A stretch of 64,000 nucleotides of DNA from an uncultured Eubacteriales bacterium (GCA_934502885.1 CAKSUT010000010.1:19307-83306); one strand, 5' to 3'; shown: positions 22,718 to 35,900, numbered from the stretch's first letter. Notes: a model not told the origin generated them from the sequence alone. Translations and numbers: made by a program.

Positions 22718-23862
22718 CTGTCTTCGCTCCTTGTCGTATTGTCGCCGGCGTTCTCATTCGCTTTCGGCTCCGGGAGAGGCTTCGGCGGTTCTTTTACACC
22801 TGCCGACGGTGTTTCTCCGAGTTCCTCGGCAAAGTATTTAAGGCTCGAGACCACTTTTTTGTAGTCCATACGTCTCGGTCCTATGACGCCTATCACGGCA
22901 TTTGCGCCGCCTATCGGCACTGAGCAGAACACAATCGAGGTGTCCTTGAGCGCCGGGTTTTTCGATTCGTCGCCGATGTAAATGTGAACTCCGTGTTCGG
23001 TCTCCGCGCCGCTTTCGTCGTTATCAGTTCCCGTTTCGGGAGATGAGATAAGCTCACGAAGTCCGGTTTGTCTCTCGATAACCTCCATAAGCGATTTCAC
23101 GCTTCCGACATCGGAAAATTCGGGGTATTCCAAGAGGTTGGTCACGCCCTCGACCCTGACGTCGTCACTGCCGCCGCTCTTTGACGCATCGTAAGCGGTT
23201 CTGATTATCGGACTTGCGAGTGAACGGAGTCTGCCGAGAGCTTCTTCGACCGCAAATACCGTTTCGATTTTCACGCCGTCAAGCGGAATGCCGACAAGGT
23301 TATCGTTGAGAGCGGTCTTGATTTTCTCCATATCCTTCTCGGAAATCGGCACTCCCGAGGGGACAATGCCTGTTCTGACCTCACCGGAATCGGTTATCAT
23401 AACAAGCAGGAAGCTGTTCTGCGAAACGCACACGGCGTCGAAACGTACTATTGCCGTGCATCCGGGCTTTGCCGCAAGCGACACCGACGCATATCTTGTG
23501 ATACCGGACATAATCTTTCCGGCACGCTCGATAAGTCTCTCGGTCTCGGCGGTTTTGAACTTTGTGAGGTCGTTTAAGAGTGCCAGCTCCTCCATGTTGA
23601 GGCGGTAGTCCTCCATGAGCTTTTCGACGTAAAACCTATATCCGGCGGTGGACGGGATGCGTCCTGCGGACGTGTGCGGCTTGTCGAGGTAGCCCATTTC
23701 CTCAAGCTCGCTCATCTCGTTTCTGACGGTCGCAGGTGAGAGTGAAAGACCGCCGTGCTGTGTCAGATACTTTGACCCGACCGGCTCTCCCGAGTCGATG
23801 TACTCGTCGATTATCATTTTCAGTATCTGCTTTTTTCTGTCGCTGAGCTCCACGGCGTTCAC
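22714..23862 (-). CDS. hrcA: Heat-inducible transcription repressor HrcA
   Basis: 382-aa ORF with LSDRKKQILKMIIDEYIDSGEPVGSKYL. The GTG at 23862 overlaps the GGAGG, so the GTG at 23853 (MELSDRKK) is a plausible alternative start. Confidence 0.94.
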   Translation of the reverse strand: MNAVELSDRKKQILKMIIDEYIDSGEPVGSKYLTQHGGLSLSPATVRNEMSELEEMGYLDKPHTSAGRIPSTAGYRFYVEKLMEDYRLNMEELALLNDLTKFKTAETERLIERAGKIMSGITRYASVSLAAKPGCTAIVRFDAVCVSQNSFLLVMITDSGEVRTGIVPSGVPISEKDMEKIKTALNDNLVGIPLDGVKIETVFAVEEALGRLRSLASPIIRTAYDASKSGGSDDVRVEGVTNLLEYPEFSDVGSVKSLMEVIERQTGLRELISSPETGTDNDESGAETEHGVHIYIGDESKNPALKDTSIVFCSVPIGGANAVIGVIGPRRMDYKKVVSSLKYFAEELGETPSAGVKEPPKPLPEPKANENAGDNTTRSEDR

Positions 23863-23883
23863 CTCCGTTTTTTTTATCTTGTT

Positions 23884-23910
23884 TTAGCACTCGTACCGCT
23901 CGAGTGCTAA
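23884..23910. promoter_or_regulatory. CIRCE operator (HrcA binding site)
   Basis: A perfect TTAGCACTC-N9-GAGTGCTAA inverted repeat lies immediately upstream of hrcA. Confidence 0.95.
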
Positions 23911-23917
23911 TGTGATA

Positions 23918-23946
23918 ACTTTACCACATTCTTTTACTTTTGTCAA
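23918..23946 (-). promoter_or_regulatory. Sigma-A type promoter of the hrcA operon
   Basis: On the minus strand, TTGACA (23946-23941), a 17-nt spacer, then TAAAGT (23923-23918). The CIRCE element starts 7 nt downstream. Confidence 0.7.
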
Positions 23947-24027
23947 GAGGTTTGCAAAGGAAATGTGTTAATTTTTTGTGAACGAGGCTCTTTTTCCTGA
24001 AAAGAACACCGCCGTAATCCTCAACCG

Positions 24028-24061
24028 CAAAAAAGAAGCACGGTTTCCGCCGTGCTTCTTT
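24028..24061 (-). terminator. Rho-independent terminator downstream of rpoC
   Basis: GAAGCACGG-loop-CCGTGCTTC (24035-24058), followed by TTTTTT on the minus strand. Confidence 0.8.
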
Positions 24062-24075
24062 TATAAATTCCGATC

Positions 24076-27000
24076 TTATTCTTCGGGGATAATATCGTCG
24101 CCGGAGTCGCCGCCGGAGACGTCGCCCGACTCGCCCTCATCGTCAACGACGCTGTCGAACGCTTTCTCGTCCGCACCTGCAAAGGTCTCCGCGTGAGCCG
24201 CCGGAAGCTCCGGAACTTCGTCGTCGGGATTGTCAATGACAATCGGGTTGCCCTCTTTGTCGTTGATCTCGATGTCGCGGTAACAATGCATACCCGTACC
24301 TGCCGGGATAAGCTTACCGATAATGACGTTCTCCTTAAGACCTATAAGCGGATCGACCTTGCCCTCGATTGCGGCCTCGGTGAGTACCTTTGTGGTCTCC
24401 TGGAAGGACGCCGCCGAGAGGAACGACTCGGTTGAAAGGGACGCCTTGGTGATACCGAGAAGCACGGGGGAGTATTCCGCCTTGCGGAGCGTTGTCTCGC
24501 CTGCCGCTATTCTCGCCTCGATTTCGTTGTTCTTCTCGTTGAATTTTATGAGATCCACAAGTGAACCAACGAGAAGGTTGGTGTCGCCGGCATTCTCTAC
24601 CTTGACCTTACGCGTCATCTGACGTGTGATAACTTCGATATGCTTGTCGTTGATTTCAACACCCTGGAGACGGTATACCTTCTGGATTTCCTTTATGATA
24701 TACTCGTATACGGCATTGAGTCCGTTTATTCTTACTATGTCCGCAGGACTCATGAAGCCCTCGGTGAGAGACTGTCCTCTCGTGACGAAGGAACCTTCCT
24801 CGACGAGAAGTCTCTGTATTCTCTGAACGGGATATACCTTCTCCTCGCCCGTTGCGTCGTTTGTGACCTTGACCTGACGGGTCTTTTTGCTGTCGTCGAT
24901 GGAAACCATACCGTCGAGATCCGAGACAACCGCAGTCTTCTTCGGACGTCTTGCCTCGAACAGCTCTTCAACTCGGGGAAGACCCTGGGTGATGTCGCCG
25001 CCGGCGATACCGCCCGTGTGGAACGTTCTCATCGTAAGCTGTGTACCCGGCTCACCGATGGACTGCGCGGCAATGATACCGACCGACTCACCGATGTTTA
25101 CGGGGGTGCCCGACGCAAGGTCGGCACCGTAGCAGTGTACGCAGACACCGTGCTTTGCACGGCAGTTGAGCGTGGAACGGATGTGTACTCTCTCGACGCC
25201 TGCCGCAATTATCTTCTCAACCTGCGCCTCTTTCATCATTACGTCCGCCCCGACGAGAACCTCGCCGGTTGCCGGGTCGACAACCTCTTCGACGGTGTAT
25301 CTGCCGAGAAGTCTGTCCGCAAGCGGCTCGATAAGCTCGTTGCCCTCCTTGACGGCGTATACCCAAAGTCCCTCGGTGTCGCCGCAGTTGACCTCGCGGA
25401 TAATAACGTCCTGCGATACGTCAACGAGACGTCTTGTAAGGTAACCGGAGTCTGCTGTACGGAGAGCCGTATCGGCAAGACCTTTACGTGCGCCTCGTGC
25501 GGCTATGAAGTACTCCAAGATGTTAAGGCCTTCACGGAAGTTTGCCTTGATAGGAAGCTCGATCGTCTGACCGGACGTGGACGCCATAAGTCCGCGCATT
25601 CCGGCAAGCTGACGAATCTGCTTGATAGAGCCTCGCGCACCGGAGTCCGCCATCATCTTGATGTTGTTGTATCTGTCGAGGTTCTTTGTAAGAGCCTTGG
25701 TAACTTCGTTGGTCGCTTCTTCCCAAATCTTGATAACGCTCTTTCTGCGCTCCTCCTCGGAGAAGCGGCCTCTTGCGAACGCCTTTGCGATAAGCTCTAT
25801 CTGCTTCTCGCTCTCCGCAATGATTATCTTCTTCTGCGGAGGTACGGTCATATCCGATACGGAGATCGTGATAGAGCCTCTTGTGGAGAACTTGTAGCCG
25901 AGAGCCTTTATGTCGTCAAGAACAACGGCGGTTCTGTCTATGCCGTGGTACTTAATGCAGCGGTCAACTATCTGCCCGAGCTCGTCCTTGGTTACGACGA
26001 AGTTTATTTCGAGGTCGAATTCGTTGTCCTCGTTTCTCTCGATGAAGTGAAGATCCTGCGGAATCGGACGGTTGAAGATAAGTCTGCCGAGTGTGGCGTC
26101 GATTATCTTCGAGCGCACCGTGCCGTCTGCGTCGGTCTTCGTCACGCGGACCTTAATGGGCGCATGGAGTCCGAGTTCGCCGTTGGCGTAAGCCATCATT
26201 GCCTCGTCGAAATCTCTGAAGCACGAACCCTCGCCGGGTTCGCCGGGCTTGTCGAGAGTGAGGTAGAACGAACCGAGAACCATATCCTGCGAAGGAACGG
26301 TTACGGCGCGTCCGTTAACCGGCTTCAAGAGGTTGTTTGCGGAAAGCATGAGGAAACGCGACTCGATCTGCGCCTCCGCGGAAAGCGGAACGTGAACAGG
26401 CATCTGGTCGCCGTCGAAGTCGGCGTTGAACGCCGTACAAACGAGAGGATGAAGCTTTATCGCGCGTCCCTCGACGAGTATCGGCTCGAATGCCTGAATG
26501 GAAAGTCTGTGAAGCGTGGGCGCACGGTTGAGCAGAACGGGATGTTCCTTGATGACGACTTCGAGTGCGTCCCAAACGTCCGCGTTTACCTTTTCGACCT
26601 TCTTCTTTGCGTCCTTTATGTTAGCCGCCTTGCCGGTATCGGAGAGTCGCTTCATTACAAACGGCTTGAACAGCTCGAGAGCCATCTCCTTGGGAAGACC
26701 GCACTGGAATATCTTAAGATCCGGTCCTACGACGATAACCGAACGTCCGGAGTAGTCAACACGCTTGCCGAGAAGGTTCTGACGGAAGCGTCCCTGCTTG
26801 CCTCGGAGCATTTCGGAAAGAGACTTGAGCGCTCTGTTTGAGGGACCCGTGACGGGACGTCCTCTTCTGCCGTTGTCGATAAGCGCGTCAACGGCCTCCT
26901 GGAGCATTCTCTTTTCGTTTCTGATAATGATGTCGGGCGCGGAGAGGTCAATGAGCTTCTTGAGACGGTTGTTTCTGTTGATAACACGTCTGTAAAGGTC

Positions 27001-27786
27001 GTTGATATCGCTCGTCGCGAAACGGCCGCCGTCGAGCTGAACGAGAGGACGGAGGTCCGGCGGAATAACCGGAACGACGTCGAGAATCATCCACTCGGGC
27101 TTGTTGCCGGAAACTCTGAACGCCTCCACAACCTCGAGTCTCTTTACTATTCTCACACGCTTCTGGCTTGTGGAGGGAGTTCTTTCGAGCTCCTCCTTAA
27201 GCTCTGCGGCAAGCGTCTCGCAGTCTATCTCGGAGAGAAGGGTTTTTATCGCCTCCGCTCCCATGCCTGCCTTGAACTCCTTGCCGTATCTCTCGCAGCA
27301 TTCACGGTACTCACTCTCTGTGAGAAGCTGGAACTTCTTGAGGTGAGTAATCTGCTCTCTGCCGGGGTCTGTGACGATATACTGTGCGAAATAGAGTACC
27401 TTTTCAAGCACCTTGGGCGTTACGTCGAGGAGAAGACCCATTCTCGAGGGAATTGCTCTGAAATACCAGATGTGGGAAACGGGAGCCGCAAGATCTATGT
27501 GACCCATTCTCTCGCGTCTTACCTTGTTTGTGGTAATTTCAACGCCGCACTTTTCGCATATCTTGCCCTTGTATCTTACTCTCTTGTACTTACCGCAGTG
27601 GCATTCGAGATCCTTTGTCGGTCCGAATATTCTCTCGCAGTAAAGTCCGTCCCTCTCGGGCTTGAGGGTTCTGTAGTTTATGGTTTCCGCCTTGGTAACT
27701 TCTCCGTAGGACCATTCTCTTATCTTGTCCGGGGAGGCGAGACCGATTTTAATGGCGTCAAATTCGTTGTGTTCGCTTTGTACCAT
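24076..27786 (-). CDS. rpoC: DNA-directed RNA polymerase subunit beta-prime
   Basis: 1236-aa ORF with the NADFDGD catalytic motif and an acidic C-terminal tail. Confidence 0.98.
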   Translation of the reverse strand: MVQSEHNEFDAIKIGLASPDKIREWSYGEVTKAETINYRTLKPERDGLYCERIFGPTKDLECHCGKYKRVRYKGKICEKCGVEITTNKVRRERMGHIDLAAPVSHIWYFRAIPSRMGLLLDVTPKVLEKVLYFAQYIVTDPGREQITHLKKFQLLTESEYRECCERYGKEFKAGMGAEAIKTLLSEIDCETLAAELKEELERTPSTSQKRVRIVKRLEVVEAFRVSGNKPEWMILDVVPVIPPDLRPLVQLDGGRFATSDINDLYRRVINRNNRLKKLIDLSAPDIIIRNEKRMLQEAVDALIDNGRRGRPVTGPSNRALKSLSEMLRGKQGRFRQNLLGKRVDYSGRSVIVVGPDLKIFQCGLPKEMALELFKPFVMKRLSDTGKAANIKDAKKKVEKVNADVWDALEVVIKEHPVLLNRAPTLHRLSIQAFEPILVEGRAIKLHPLVCTAFNADFDGDQMPVHVPLSAEAQIESRFLMLSANNLLKPVNGRAVTVPSQDMVLGSFYLTLDKPGEPGEGSCFRDFDEAMMAYANGELGLHAPIKVRVTKTDADGTVRSKIIDATLGRLIFNRPIPQDLHFIERNEDNEFDLEINFVVTKDELGQIVDRCIKYHGIDRTAVVLDDIKALGYKFSTRGSITISVSDMTVPPQKKIIIAESEKQIELIAKAFARGRFSEEERRKSVIKIWEEATNEVTKALTKNLDRYNNIKMMADSGARGSIKQIRQLAGMRGLMASTSGQTIELPIKANFREGLNILEYFIAARGARKGLADTALRTADSGYLTRRLVDVSQDVIIREVNCGDTEGLWVYAVKEGNELIEPLADRLLGRYTVEEVVDPATGEVLVGADVMMKEAQVEKIIAAGVERVHIRSTLNCRAKHGVCVHCYGADLASGTPVNIGESVGIIAAQSIGEPGTQLTMRTFHTGGIAGGDITQGLPRVEELFEARRPKKTAVVSDLDGMVSIDDSKKTRQVKVTNDATGEEKVYPVQRIQRLLVEEGSFVTRGQSLTEGFMSPADIVRINGLNAVYEYIIKEIQKVYRLQGVEINDKHIEVITRQMTRKVKVENAGDTNLLVGSLVDLIKFNEKNNEIEARIAAGETTLRKAEYSPVLLGITKASLSTESFLSAASFQETTKVLTEAAIEGKVDPLIGLKENVIIGKLIPAGTGMHCYRDIEINDKEGNPIVIDNPDDEVPELPAAHAETFAGADEKAFDSVVDDEGESGDVSGGDSGDDIIPEE

Positions 27787-27838
27787 CTATATATGCCGCT
27801 CCTTTACTGTATTTTTGGGCATGAGTGAGTTGCACCAC

Positions 27839-30800
27839 TCATTTTTCGTCCGAATCTTTCTTGATGGAATCGAGGAGAGCTTCGATGGCGTCCGCATCCG
27901 CGTCGTCGTCGGCGTCGGCGTCCTCATCGATATCATCGATATCGTCTGTTTCCTCATCATTGTCGGACTTTTCGTCGGTCTCGGCGTCTTCGCCTTCGTC
28001 CTCGTCATCCTTTATGAAGTCGGTGACGTCGTTTATAACGCCCTCCTCTCCGCCTTCGGTCATGACGAAGTTTCTGATTCCGCCGGTTTCCTCAACGGTG
28101 CTTTCCTTGAGCTTGATTTCGTTGCCGTCCGCGTCGAGAACGCTTATGTCAAGCGCAAGCGACTGAAGCTCTCTTACAAGCACCTTGAAGGACTCGGGAA
28201 CACCCGGAGTCGGGATATTTTCGCCCTTGACTATCGCCTCGTAGCACTTTACACGGCCGATAACGTCGTCGGACTTGACGGTGAGTATTTCCTGAAGCGT
28301 GTAAGCCGCGCCGTATGCCTCGAGAGCCCAAACCTCCATTTCTCCGAAACGCTGACCGCCGAACTGGGCTTTACCGCCGAGAGGCTGCTGCGTAACCATG
28401 GAGTAAGGACCGGTGGAACGTGCGTGGATCTTATCATCGACAAGGTGATGAAGCTTGAGGTAGTACATGATGCCGACGGTAACGGGGTTGTCGAACTGCT
28501 CGCCGGTACGTCCGTCATAGAGAACGGTCTTTCCGTCGGGGCGCATTCCGGCGTCCTCGAGGCACTTTGCGATGTCCTCCTCGTTTGCGCCGTCGAATAC
28601 GGGGGTCATAATCATCCAGCCGAGCTTCTTTGCGGCGATACCGAGATGAACCTCAAGCACCTGACCGATGTTCATTCGGGAAGGAACGCCCAGAGGGTTA
28701 AGCACGATATCGAGAGGAGTGCCGTCGGGGAGGAAGGGCATATCTTCGGGAGGAAGTATTCTCGAAACGACACCCTTGTTACCGTGACGGCCCGCCATCT
28801 TGTCGCCGACGGAGATCTTTCTCTTCTGTGCGATGTATACTCTTACGACCTTGTTTACTCCGGGCGGAAGCTCGTCGGAGTTGTCCTTCGAGTATTCCTT
28901 GACGTCAACGACAATGCCGCTTTCGCCGTGGGGGAGTCTGAGGGAGGTGTCTCTTACCTCGCGCGCCTTTTCGCCGAATATTGCGCGCAAAAGTCTTTCC
29001 TCGGCGGTAAGCTCGGTTTCGCCCTTGGGAGTTACCTTACCCACAAGTATATCGCCCGAGTGAACCTCCGCACCCTTGCATACTATACCCTCGAGTGTGA
29101 GGTTCTTGAGGCTGTCCTCGCCCATGTTGGGGATTTCGCGTGTGATTTCCTCCGGTCCGAGCTTGGTGTCCCGCGCTTCGTGGGAGTATTCCTCTATATG
29201 GATTGACGTATAAACGTCGTTTCTTACAAGCTTTTCGTTAAGGAGAACGGCGTCCTCGTAGTTGTAGCCCTCCCATGTCATAAAGCCGATGAGAGCGTTC
29301 TTTCCGAGTGCGATTTCTCCGTCCTTGGTAGCCGGACCGTCAGCGATAACGTCGCCCTTCTTGACGGCGTCTCCGAGGGAAACAATAGGTCTCTGGTTTA
29401 CGCAGGTACCCTGGTTGGATCTCTTGAACTTGATGAGATGATACGTATGAGCGACCTCAGCGTCGTCGGTGATTGTGATGTCGTCCGCGGTAACACGGGT
29501 GACAACGCCGTCTTCTCTTGCGCAGACAACGACACCCGAATCGACCGCCGCCTTGTATTCCATACCGGTTGCGACGATAGGAGCCTCCGTTACCATAAGC
29601 GGAACCGCCTGCTTCTGCATGTTTGAACCCATGAGCGCACGGGAGTTGTCGTCGTTTTCGAGGAACGGGATGCACGCCGTTGCGACGGATACCACCATCT
29701 TCGGCGAGACGTCCATGTAGTCTACTCTGGAAACGTCAACCTCGGTGATTTCCTCTCTGTTTCTGACGGTGATTCGCTTATTGAGGAAGTAGCCGTCCTT
29801 GTCGATAGGCTCGTTCGCCTGAGCGACGATGAACTGATCTTCCATGTCGGCCGTCATGTAGATGACTTCCTCGGTAACTCTGCCGGTAGCCTTATCGACC
29901 TTGCGGTAGGGTGCTTCGATGAAGCCGAACTTGTTTATCTTGGCGAAGGTCGAGAGATACGAGATAAGTCCGATGTTAGGACCTTCAGGCGTCTCGATAG
30001 GACACATTCTGCCGTAATGCGTGTAGTGAACGTCTCGAACCTCAAAAGACGCACGGTCTCTCGAAAGACCGCCCGGACCGAGTGCGGAAAGACGTCTCTT
30101 GTGCGTAAGCTCCGCGAGGGGGTTGTTCTGATCCATGAACTGGGAAAGAGGAGACGAACCGAAGAACTCCTTGATGGCGGAGACGATGGGGCGGATATTG
30201 ATGAGGTTCTGCACCTTCATGTTGTCGGAGTCCTGGAGAGTCATTCTCTCCTTGACAATCTTATCCATGCGCGCAAAGCCGATTCTGAGCTGGTTCTGGA
30301 GAAGCTCGCCGACCGAACGGAGTCTTCTGTTTCCGAGGTGGTCGATGTCGTCGGTCACGCCGCAGCTGTGCGTGAGGCAGAGCAGGTAGTTTACGGAAGC
30401 ATAGATATCCTCTCTTGTGATGTGCTTAGGAATAAGCTCGTCGCGGCGTGCGTTGAACGCTTCTATGAACTCTTCGCAGCTCGAGGTGTTTGCGAGTATA
30501 TCGGCGACGACGTCAACGTTTACTCTTTCCTCAAGCTCGAGACTCGAAAGGTCGTAGTCCTCGGGAATAACGCCGAGCTTGTCGAGGTATGCCGACTTGT
30601 TGCCGAACACCTTGAACTCAACGGGGTTGTTGAGCTCCTGCGACATGAGGTAAACTTCGTTGACGCCTGCGTCCTCAATCTTCTGAGCGTCGTCCTTCGA
30701 GAGGAACTTGCCTGCCTCGAAGAGAAGCTCGCCGGTGAGCGGAGCGACGACGTCACGGGTTATCTGGAAGCCCTCGATACGCTTTGCGAGAGCGAGCTTT

Positions 30801-31654
30801 TTGTTGAACTTGTAGCGTCCGACTGCGGAGATGTCGTATCTCTTGGGGTCGAAGAAGAAGTTGTGAATGAGAACCTCTGCGCTTTCGACGAGAACGGGGT
30901 CGCCGGGACGAAGCTTTCTGTAGATTTCCTTGAGAGCCTCTTCACGCTCGGTGGTGAGGTTCTTTTCGGCTTCCGACTCGGTGATATCCTTCTTGAGAGT
31001 CTCGACTATCTTGGGGCTGTCGCCGAACATATCGATAATCTCGCGGCTTGTGCCGACGCCGAGAGCCTTGAGAAGAATGGTGACGGGGAGCTTTCTGTTC
31101 TTGTCTATTCTTACGTAGAAAACGTCGTTTGCGTCGGTTTCGTACTCAAGCCACGCGCCTCTGTAGGGGATAATGGTGGCGGTATAAACCTTCTTGTCGG
31201 TCTTGTCTATCATCGAATCGTAATAGATACCGGGCGAACGGACGAGCTGGGAAACTATAACTCTCTCCGCACCGTTGATAACGAAGGTGCCGGTTTCGGT
31301 CATGATGGGGAAATCGCCCATGAAGACCTCGGAGTCGCTGATTTCTCCGGTCTGTCTGTTGGTGAGACGCACCTTTACCTTAAGGGGAGCGGCGTAGTTG
31401 GCGTCTCTCTCCTTGCACTCCTCGACGGAGTACTTGGGGGTGTCCTCGAGTTTGTAGTCGATGAATTCGATATTGAGGTTGCCGGAATAGTCCACGAGCG
31501 GGGAAACATCCCTCAGCACCTCCGGGAGTCCTTCGTTCACAAACCACTTGTAGGACTCTGTCTGCACCTCGATGAGGTTCGGCATATCGATAAGCTCGTG
31601 AATCTTAGAGAAGCTCTGTCTTGTCGTTCTGCCGAGTTTTACCGGTTTCACCAT
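27839..31654 (-). CDS. rpoB: DNA-directed RNA polymerase subunit beta
   Basis: The ORF-track frame is 27839..31831. The likely start is [15 protein letters not shown] at 31654. It has a long acidic C-terminal tail. Confidence 0.97.
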   Translation of the reverse strand: MVKPVKLGRTTRQSFSKIHELIDMPNLIEVQTESYKWFVNEGLPEVLRDVSPLVDYSGNLNIEFIDYKLEDTPKYSVEECKERDANYAAPLKVKVRLTNRQTGEISDSEVFMGDFPIMTETGTFVINGAERVIVSQLVRSPGIYYDSMIDKTDKKVYTATIIPYRGAWLEYETDANDVFYVRIDKNRKLPVTILLKALGVGTSREIIDMFGDSPKIVETLKKDITESEAEKNLTTEREEALKEIYRKLRPGDPVLVESAEVLIHNFFFDPKRYDISAVGRYKFNKKLALAKRIEGFQITRDVVAPLTGELLFEAGKFLSKDDAQKIEDAGVNEVYLMSQELNNPVEFKVFGNKSAYLDKLGVIPEDYDLSSLELEERVNVDVVADILANTSSCEEFIEAFNARRDELIPKHITREDIYASVNYLLCLTHSCGVTDDIDHLGNRRLRSVGELLQNQLRIGFARMDKIVKERMTLQDSDNMKVQNLINIRPIVSAIKEFFGSSPLSQFMDQNNPLAELTHKRRLSALGPGGLSRDRASFEVRDVHYTHYGRMCPIETPEGPNIGLISYLSTFAKINKFGFIEAPYRKVDKATGRVTEEVIYMTADMEDQFIVAQANEPIDKDGYFLNKRITVRNREEITEVDVSRVDYMDVSPKMVVSVATACIPFLENDDNSRALMGSNMQKQAVPLMVTEAPIVATGMEYKAAVDSGVVVCAREDGVVTRVTADDITITDDAEVAHTYHLIKFKRSNQGTCVNQRPIVSLGDAVKKGDVIADGPATKDGEIALGKNALIGFMTWEGYNYEDAVLLNEKLVRNDVYTSIHIEEYSHEARDTKLGPEEITREIPNMGEDSLKNLTLEGIVCKGAEVHSGDILVGKVTPKGETELTAEERLLRAIFGEKAREVRDTSLRLPHGESGIVVDVKEYSKDNSDELPPGVNKVVRVYIAQKRKISVGDKMAGRHGNKGVVSRILPPEDMPFLPDGTPLDIVLNPLGVPSRMNIGQVLEVHLGIAAKKLGWMIMTPVFDGANEEDIAKCLEDAGMRPDGKTVLYDGRTGEQFDNPVTVGIMYYLKLHHLVDDKIHARSTGPYSMVTQQPLGGKAQFGGQRFGEMEVWALEAYGAAYTLQEILTVKSDDVIGRVKCYEAIVKGENIPTPGVPESFKVLVRELQSLALDISVLDADGNEIKLKESTVEETGGIRNFVMTEGGEEGVINDVTDFIKDDEDEGEDAETDEKSDNDEETDDIDDIDEDADADDDADADAIEALLDSIKKDSDEK

Positions 31655-31814
31655 GTTTGCAATCACTCTCCTTAATGTTTTGACACGTCTGTGTTCCGGA
31701 TACGCAAATATACATGATATATAATAAAGGTAAAGTTTTTTCGGCCGCGGCACGCTCGTGCACGTCCGCCTTGTGTTCACTGTGCGGTGCTTTGCGGTTG
31801 TTTCCGTACAAATC

Positions 31815-31842
31815 CGCGCACAAGTGTGCACACTTGTGCGCG
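31815..31842. promoter_or_regulatory. Perfect 28-bp palindrome in the rpoB upstream region (function unknown)
   Basis: CGCGCACAAGTGTG|CACACTTGTGCGCG, about 160 nt upstream of the rpoB start. A direct repeat TTTCACGCGGTTT x2 lies nearby at about 31913-31946. Confidence 0.3.
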
Positions 31843-32143
31843 CTTTCGCTTTGACTTTCCTGCGTCTTGGCGCGCCTGACGCGTCTTAACGCACCGGTCC
31901 ATGCGATTATGCGTTTCACGCGGTTTACACATTTCACGCGGTTTTTGCACAACTTCAAAGCACGGCTTTTTGTGACGTCCGAAAATATTTACATTTCATG
32001 TCAAATATGTTTGCAATTGAAAACGACGTTTTCACCCCAAAAATGGGGATATTAGTGCATTGTAATTCAATGTATACTTATACCACAAATCATCCCAAAT
32101 GTCAATAGTTTTCCTGTTTGTTTACCGAATGTTTACAAAAGTA

Positions 32144-32825
32144 CGGCGTGGGGACGATGGGTCTCCGACGGCTTCTTTTCTTGTAAGAAAAGAAGCAAAA
32201 GAACTTTATCGATTTCAAAGCTAACGCTTTGAAATGAAAAGTCTTTTGTTTAATTTGGGGATAGTGCCGCGTTCGGTGCGCATATATGCGCACCATATGT
32301 GCAAGCGACCGAACGAGATGAGGCAGACTCATCTAATCGAATACAGTACAGCGACCCGACGCCATATATGCAAGCGTCGGGTCGTGATTTTTTTGCATCA
32401 GACTTTGTGGGGACTAAACTTTTTGCGCTCGTCCGTTCGCAAAATTTATTGCGTGCTTCGCACACGATTAAATTTTACGAAGACGAGGTTCTTGGGTGGT
32501 GCGTGATTTGGGGTTAGCGCTTTCTCATTGGTGTTGTGTGGAGGCGTCGCAGACGCGAGAGAAATTGCGAAGCAGTTTACTCTCGAGTTGGCTCTGCCAA
32601 CTCCGGAGGCATCCCCTGTGTAACCGGTTGCAGAGCAACCTATGGAGCTGTCACGACGTAGTCGTCAGACTGAGGGGCTGTCGAGATAGAGTAACCAACA
32701 CACGGTTATGTATATCTCCCCATAGAACCGCAACAACCGACAAGCACCGTACAATCAACGAAGAAAGAAACCCGGCGACAGTGAAGAAGCTTTTTTGCGC
32801 GTCCCTTTACGACGTGATGTGATGT
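32144..32825 (+). repeat. Hairpin-chain repeat array R3 (forward)
   Basis: G-rich leader plus GGTCTCCGACGG, M1 variant GCTTCTTTTCTTGTAAGAAAAGAAGC (32171-32196), M2 (32212-32235), two M5-type hairpins, GAGAAATTGCGAAGCAGTTTACTCTC and CTGAGGGGCTGTC. Confidence 0.85.
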
Positions 32826-32972
32826 TTTTTTATTCAAACAACGGCTGTCTGCCATAACGATATCACATAAACATAATTTTCACATCACAGCAACGGAAGT
32901 TATTCTCCGCAAAAGCTGATACAATATACCTAAACCGAAAACACAGATTTATGAATCGGAAAGGATTGTAGA

Positions 32973-35900
32973 ATGAAATCGGTAAAAGCTTTGGCAGACA
33001 AAAAATGCTTGTGTAAAGGTATGCGCAAAAGACTTGCGGCGTTTATTACGGTTGCCGCTATGATTGTTTCGGCGTTTTCCGCCGAAGGGTTCACATTTGC
33101 CGCCGATGACGAAAGCAACGCTCCGACCCTGGCAGTCGTAGATTACTACGCGGAAAATCTTGCCGCCGCAGGAGCGTACAATTTCGAGCTTCGTCCGCAG
33201 TTCGGCGACAAAGTTCCTTTCGGCAAAGGCAGAAATTACGACTGCTACTATCCGCAGGGGTGCGGACAGCAGAGACCTGAGGTGTATGTGTGGGAATCCG
33301 CTGCAATTTCCGTCGCAGACCCGTTTTTGAAAATTGTACCCAAGAAGCCGAGAGTGTCGTTTACTTTCGATACTTTCAAGCAGAATATGTATTTCGACTA
33401 CGGAAAACCGTATTTTACACTCGTTTTGAAAGCAAATAAGACGTTCAACAGCTACATTACCGTGAAAACGCTTAACTCGGCTTATCAGAAAAAGTGGTAC
33501 GTTAAATTCACCGGCGGATGGCAGAAGATTATACTGGACTTCGCCGAGGTTGACGGCTGGATGAAAAAAGACGAAAACGGCGAATATGTGCCGTCCGATG
33601 TCACGCCTTTCGGCGACAAAATCAACAAGCTCTACGGCGGAATGGCGTTCGAGCTCCCCGGAAGCAGCTCTTGCTCGGAGCTTCTTGTCGATTATATTGC
33701 AATGTTCCCGACTTTAGAGGGAGCGGAGAGCTTTGAAAGTATCGGTTCGGTTGAGGTCAAGGACACGGCAGTGGGACTTCTCACCGACGAAAAAGAGCCG
33801 CCCATGCCCGAGGTCGCGCAGTACAAGCAGAAGCTTGACGCCGCAGGGGCATACAACTTTGAGCTTCGTCCGCAGTTCGGAAATAAGATTCCGTTCGGCA
33901 GAGGCAGAAATTACGACTGCTACTATCCTCAGGGCAGCGAGCATACAAGACCTGAAATTTATCCGTGGGGAAGTGCGGAAGTCGAGGTTTCCGATAAGTT
34001 CGTCAAGATTGTACCGAAGCTGAAAAATGTAAGCATCACTTTCGATACCTTCCCGACATCGTTTCTCATGGACTACTCAAAGCCGTATTTTACGATGGTT
34101 CTGAAGACCGACCGCGCATTTGAGGGAACAATCCGCATAAAAACGCTCGACGCCAAGTATCAAAAGACCTGGAACGTAACCTTCACCGGCGACTGGCAAA
34201 AGATTATTCTCGATTTTGCCGACACAAACGGCTGGGAACAAAAGGGTGACGACGGACTCTATATTCCCGTTGCCGTGACTCCGTTCTGCGCCGAGATAAA
34301 CAAGCTGTACGGCGGCTTCGCTTTTGCCGTTCCCGGAACGGAGAAGTGTTCCGAGTACCTTTTCGACTACATTGCGATGTTCCCGACCCTCGACGCCGCT
34401 GAAAAATTTGACGGCATAGGTATAACCGATGTTAAAAATACCTCCATCGGAACGGTCGGAGAATTGAAGCTGTCGATTCTTTCGGCAAAGTACAGAGACC
34501 TTATCGTTTTCATGCGAGGCTACAGCGACGGTACGTTCAGACCGAATATGGCGATGACAAGAGCCGAGGTGTGTGCGGCAATTGCCCGTCTTATGGCAAC
34601 GGAACAGAAGATTGCCGAAACGAAAACGTCCGCTTATCCCGACATCAAGGACACTGACTGGTACGCAAGCTACGTGGCGTTTCTCGAAAAAGAGGGCGTG
34701 CTTGACGAGTTTACGGGCGAATTTCATCCGAACAACAGCATAACAAGAGCGGAATTCGTAGGCTTGCTGTTTGCCGCACGCGGGTTTGTCGAGGCGGTAA
34801 ATACCCCGGACGGCTTTTCCGATGTCGGAGAGACGACGAAATTCGCAAAAGCAATATATGCGGCAAGCAGTGCCGGCGTCGTCAGCGGCTATGCCGACGG
34901 CACATTCAAGCCCGACAAGGCACTCAGCCGTGCGGAAATTGCGGTTATTTTGTCGAGGCTTCTCGATATAAAGCCTATGAAAGACGAAAAACAGATGTTC
35001 AGCGACCTTGATAAATCATTCTGGGGGTACGGAGAAATCATGGCAGTTATAATTCCAAATTCACTTAAAATCGACACCGAGAAGACAAAAACGGTTCTCG
35101 CCGAGGTTGATGAAAAAGCAAAAGCACTCAAAAAGAGCATTACCGAAACAAAGACTGAGGTAGTAGTTAAGGGTACAAAGTACTATGTCGCCGCAGACGG
35201 CAACGACGCAAACGACGGCAAGAGTCCCGAAAAAGCATGGAAGTCTATCGCAAAGGTTTCAGAGACTGCATTTGAAAACGGCGACGGAGTTTTCTTCAAG
35301 AGGGGCGATACTTTCAGAGTCAACAGCAGACTCCTTCTCAAGAACGGCGTTACGTACTCCGCATACGGCGACGGCGCAAAGCCCATAATCACTGCGTCGC
35401 CGGAAAACGTCGCAAATCCCGACAAGTGGGAGCTTTACGACGCCGCAAACAATATCTGGTGCCTTAAGGAAAAGGTGCTTGACCAAGGTACGCTTATCTT
35501 CGACGACAGCGAATATGCGATAAAGCTCATACCGTCGTTCAAGGGCGGAAAGTTCGTAAACGACGCCGGGGAAGAGTTCAAGCCGTCCGCCGAGCTTAAA
35601 AACGACCTCGAAATGTTCTGCGAAACAAACGAAAACCTCAAAGCAAACGGCGTTCCGAACGTCACCGTAAGCAAAGGCAAGCTCTACTTAAAGTGCGACA
35701 GAGGAAATCCCGGCAGCGTGTTCAAATCCATAGAGCTTATGCCTCCGACGAACATAATGGTGGCAGGCACGGAGGATTATATGCTCACCGACGTTACGAT
35801 AGACAACCTCAGCTTAAAGTACACGGGCGCTCACGGCATACACGCACAGAGAGGAACGAACTATCACATTCAGAACTGTGAGTTCCGCTTTATCGGCGGC

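Noticed and set aside
24640-26841. Very long ORFs antisense to core genes. Examples are the 733-aa ORF at 24640-26841 (+), and also 20193-22079, 27725-29206, 30017-31675, 41595-43577, 49016-51640, 59958-61700 and 40093-41016.
   Set aside because: Each lies opposite an unmistakable conserved gene (rpoC, dnaK, rpoB, SLH paralogs, pyrG, ychF). They have biased, low-complexity composition (V/L/R/G rich) and no recognisable motifs. They are shadow ORFs typical of GC-biased codon usage.
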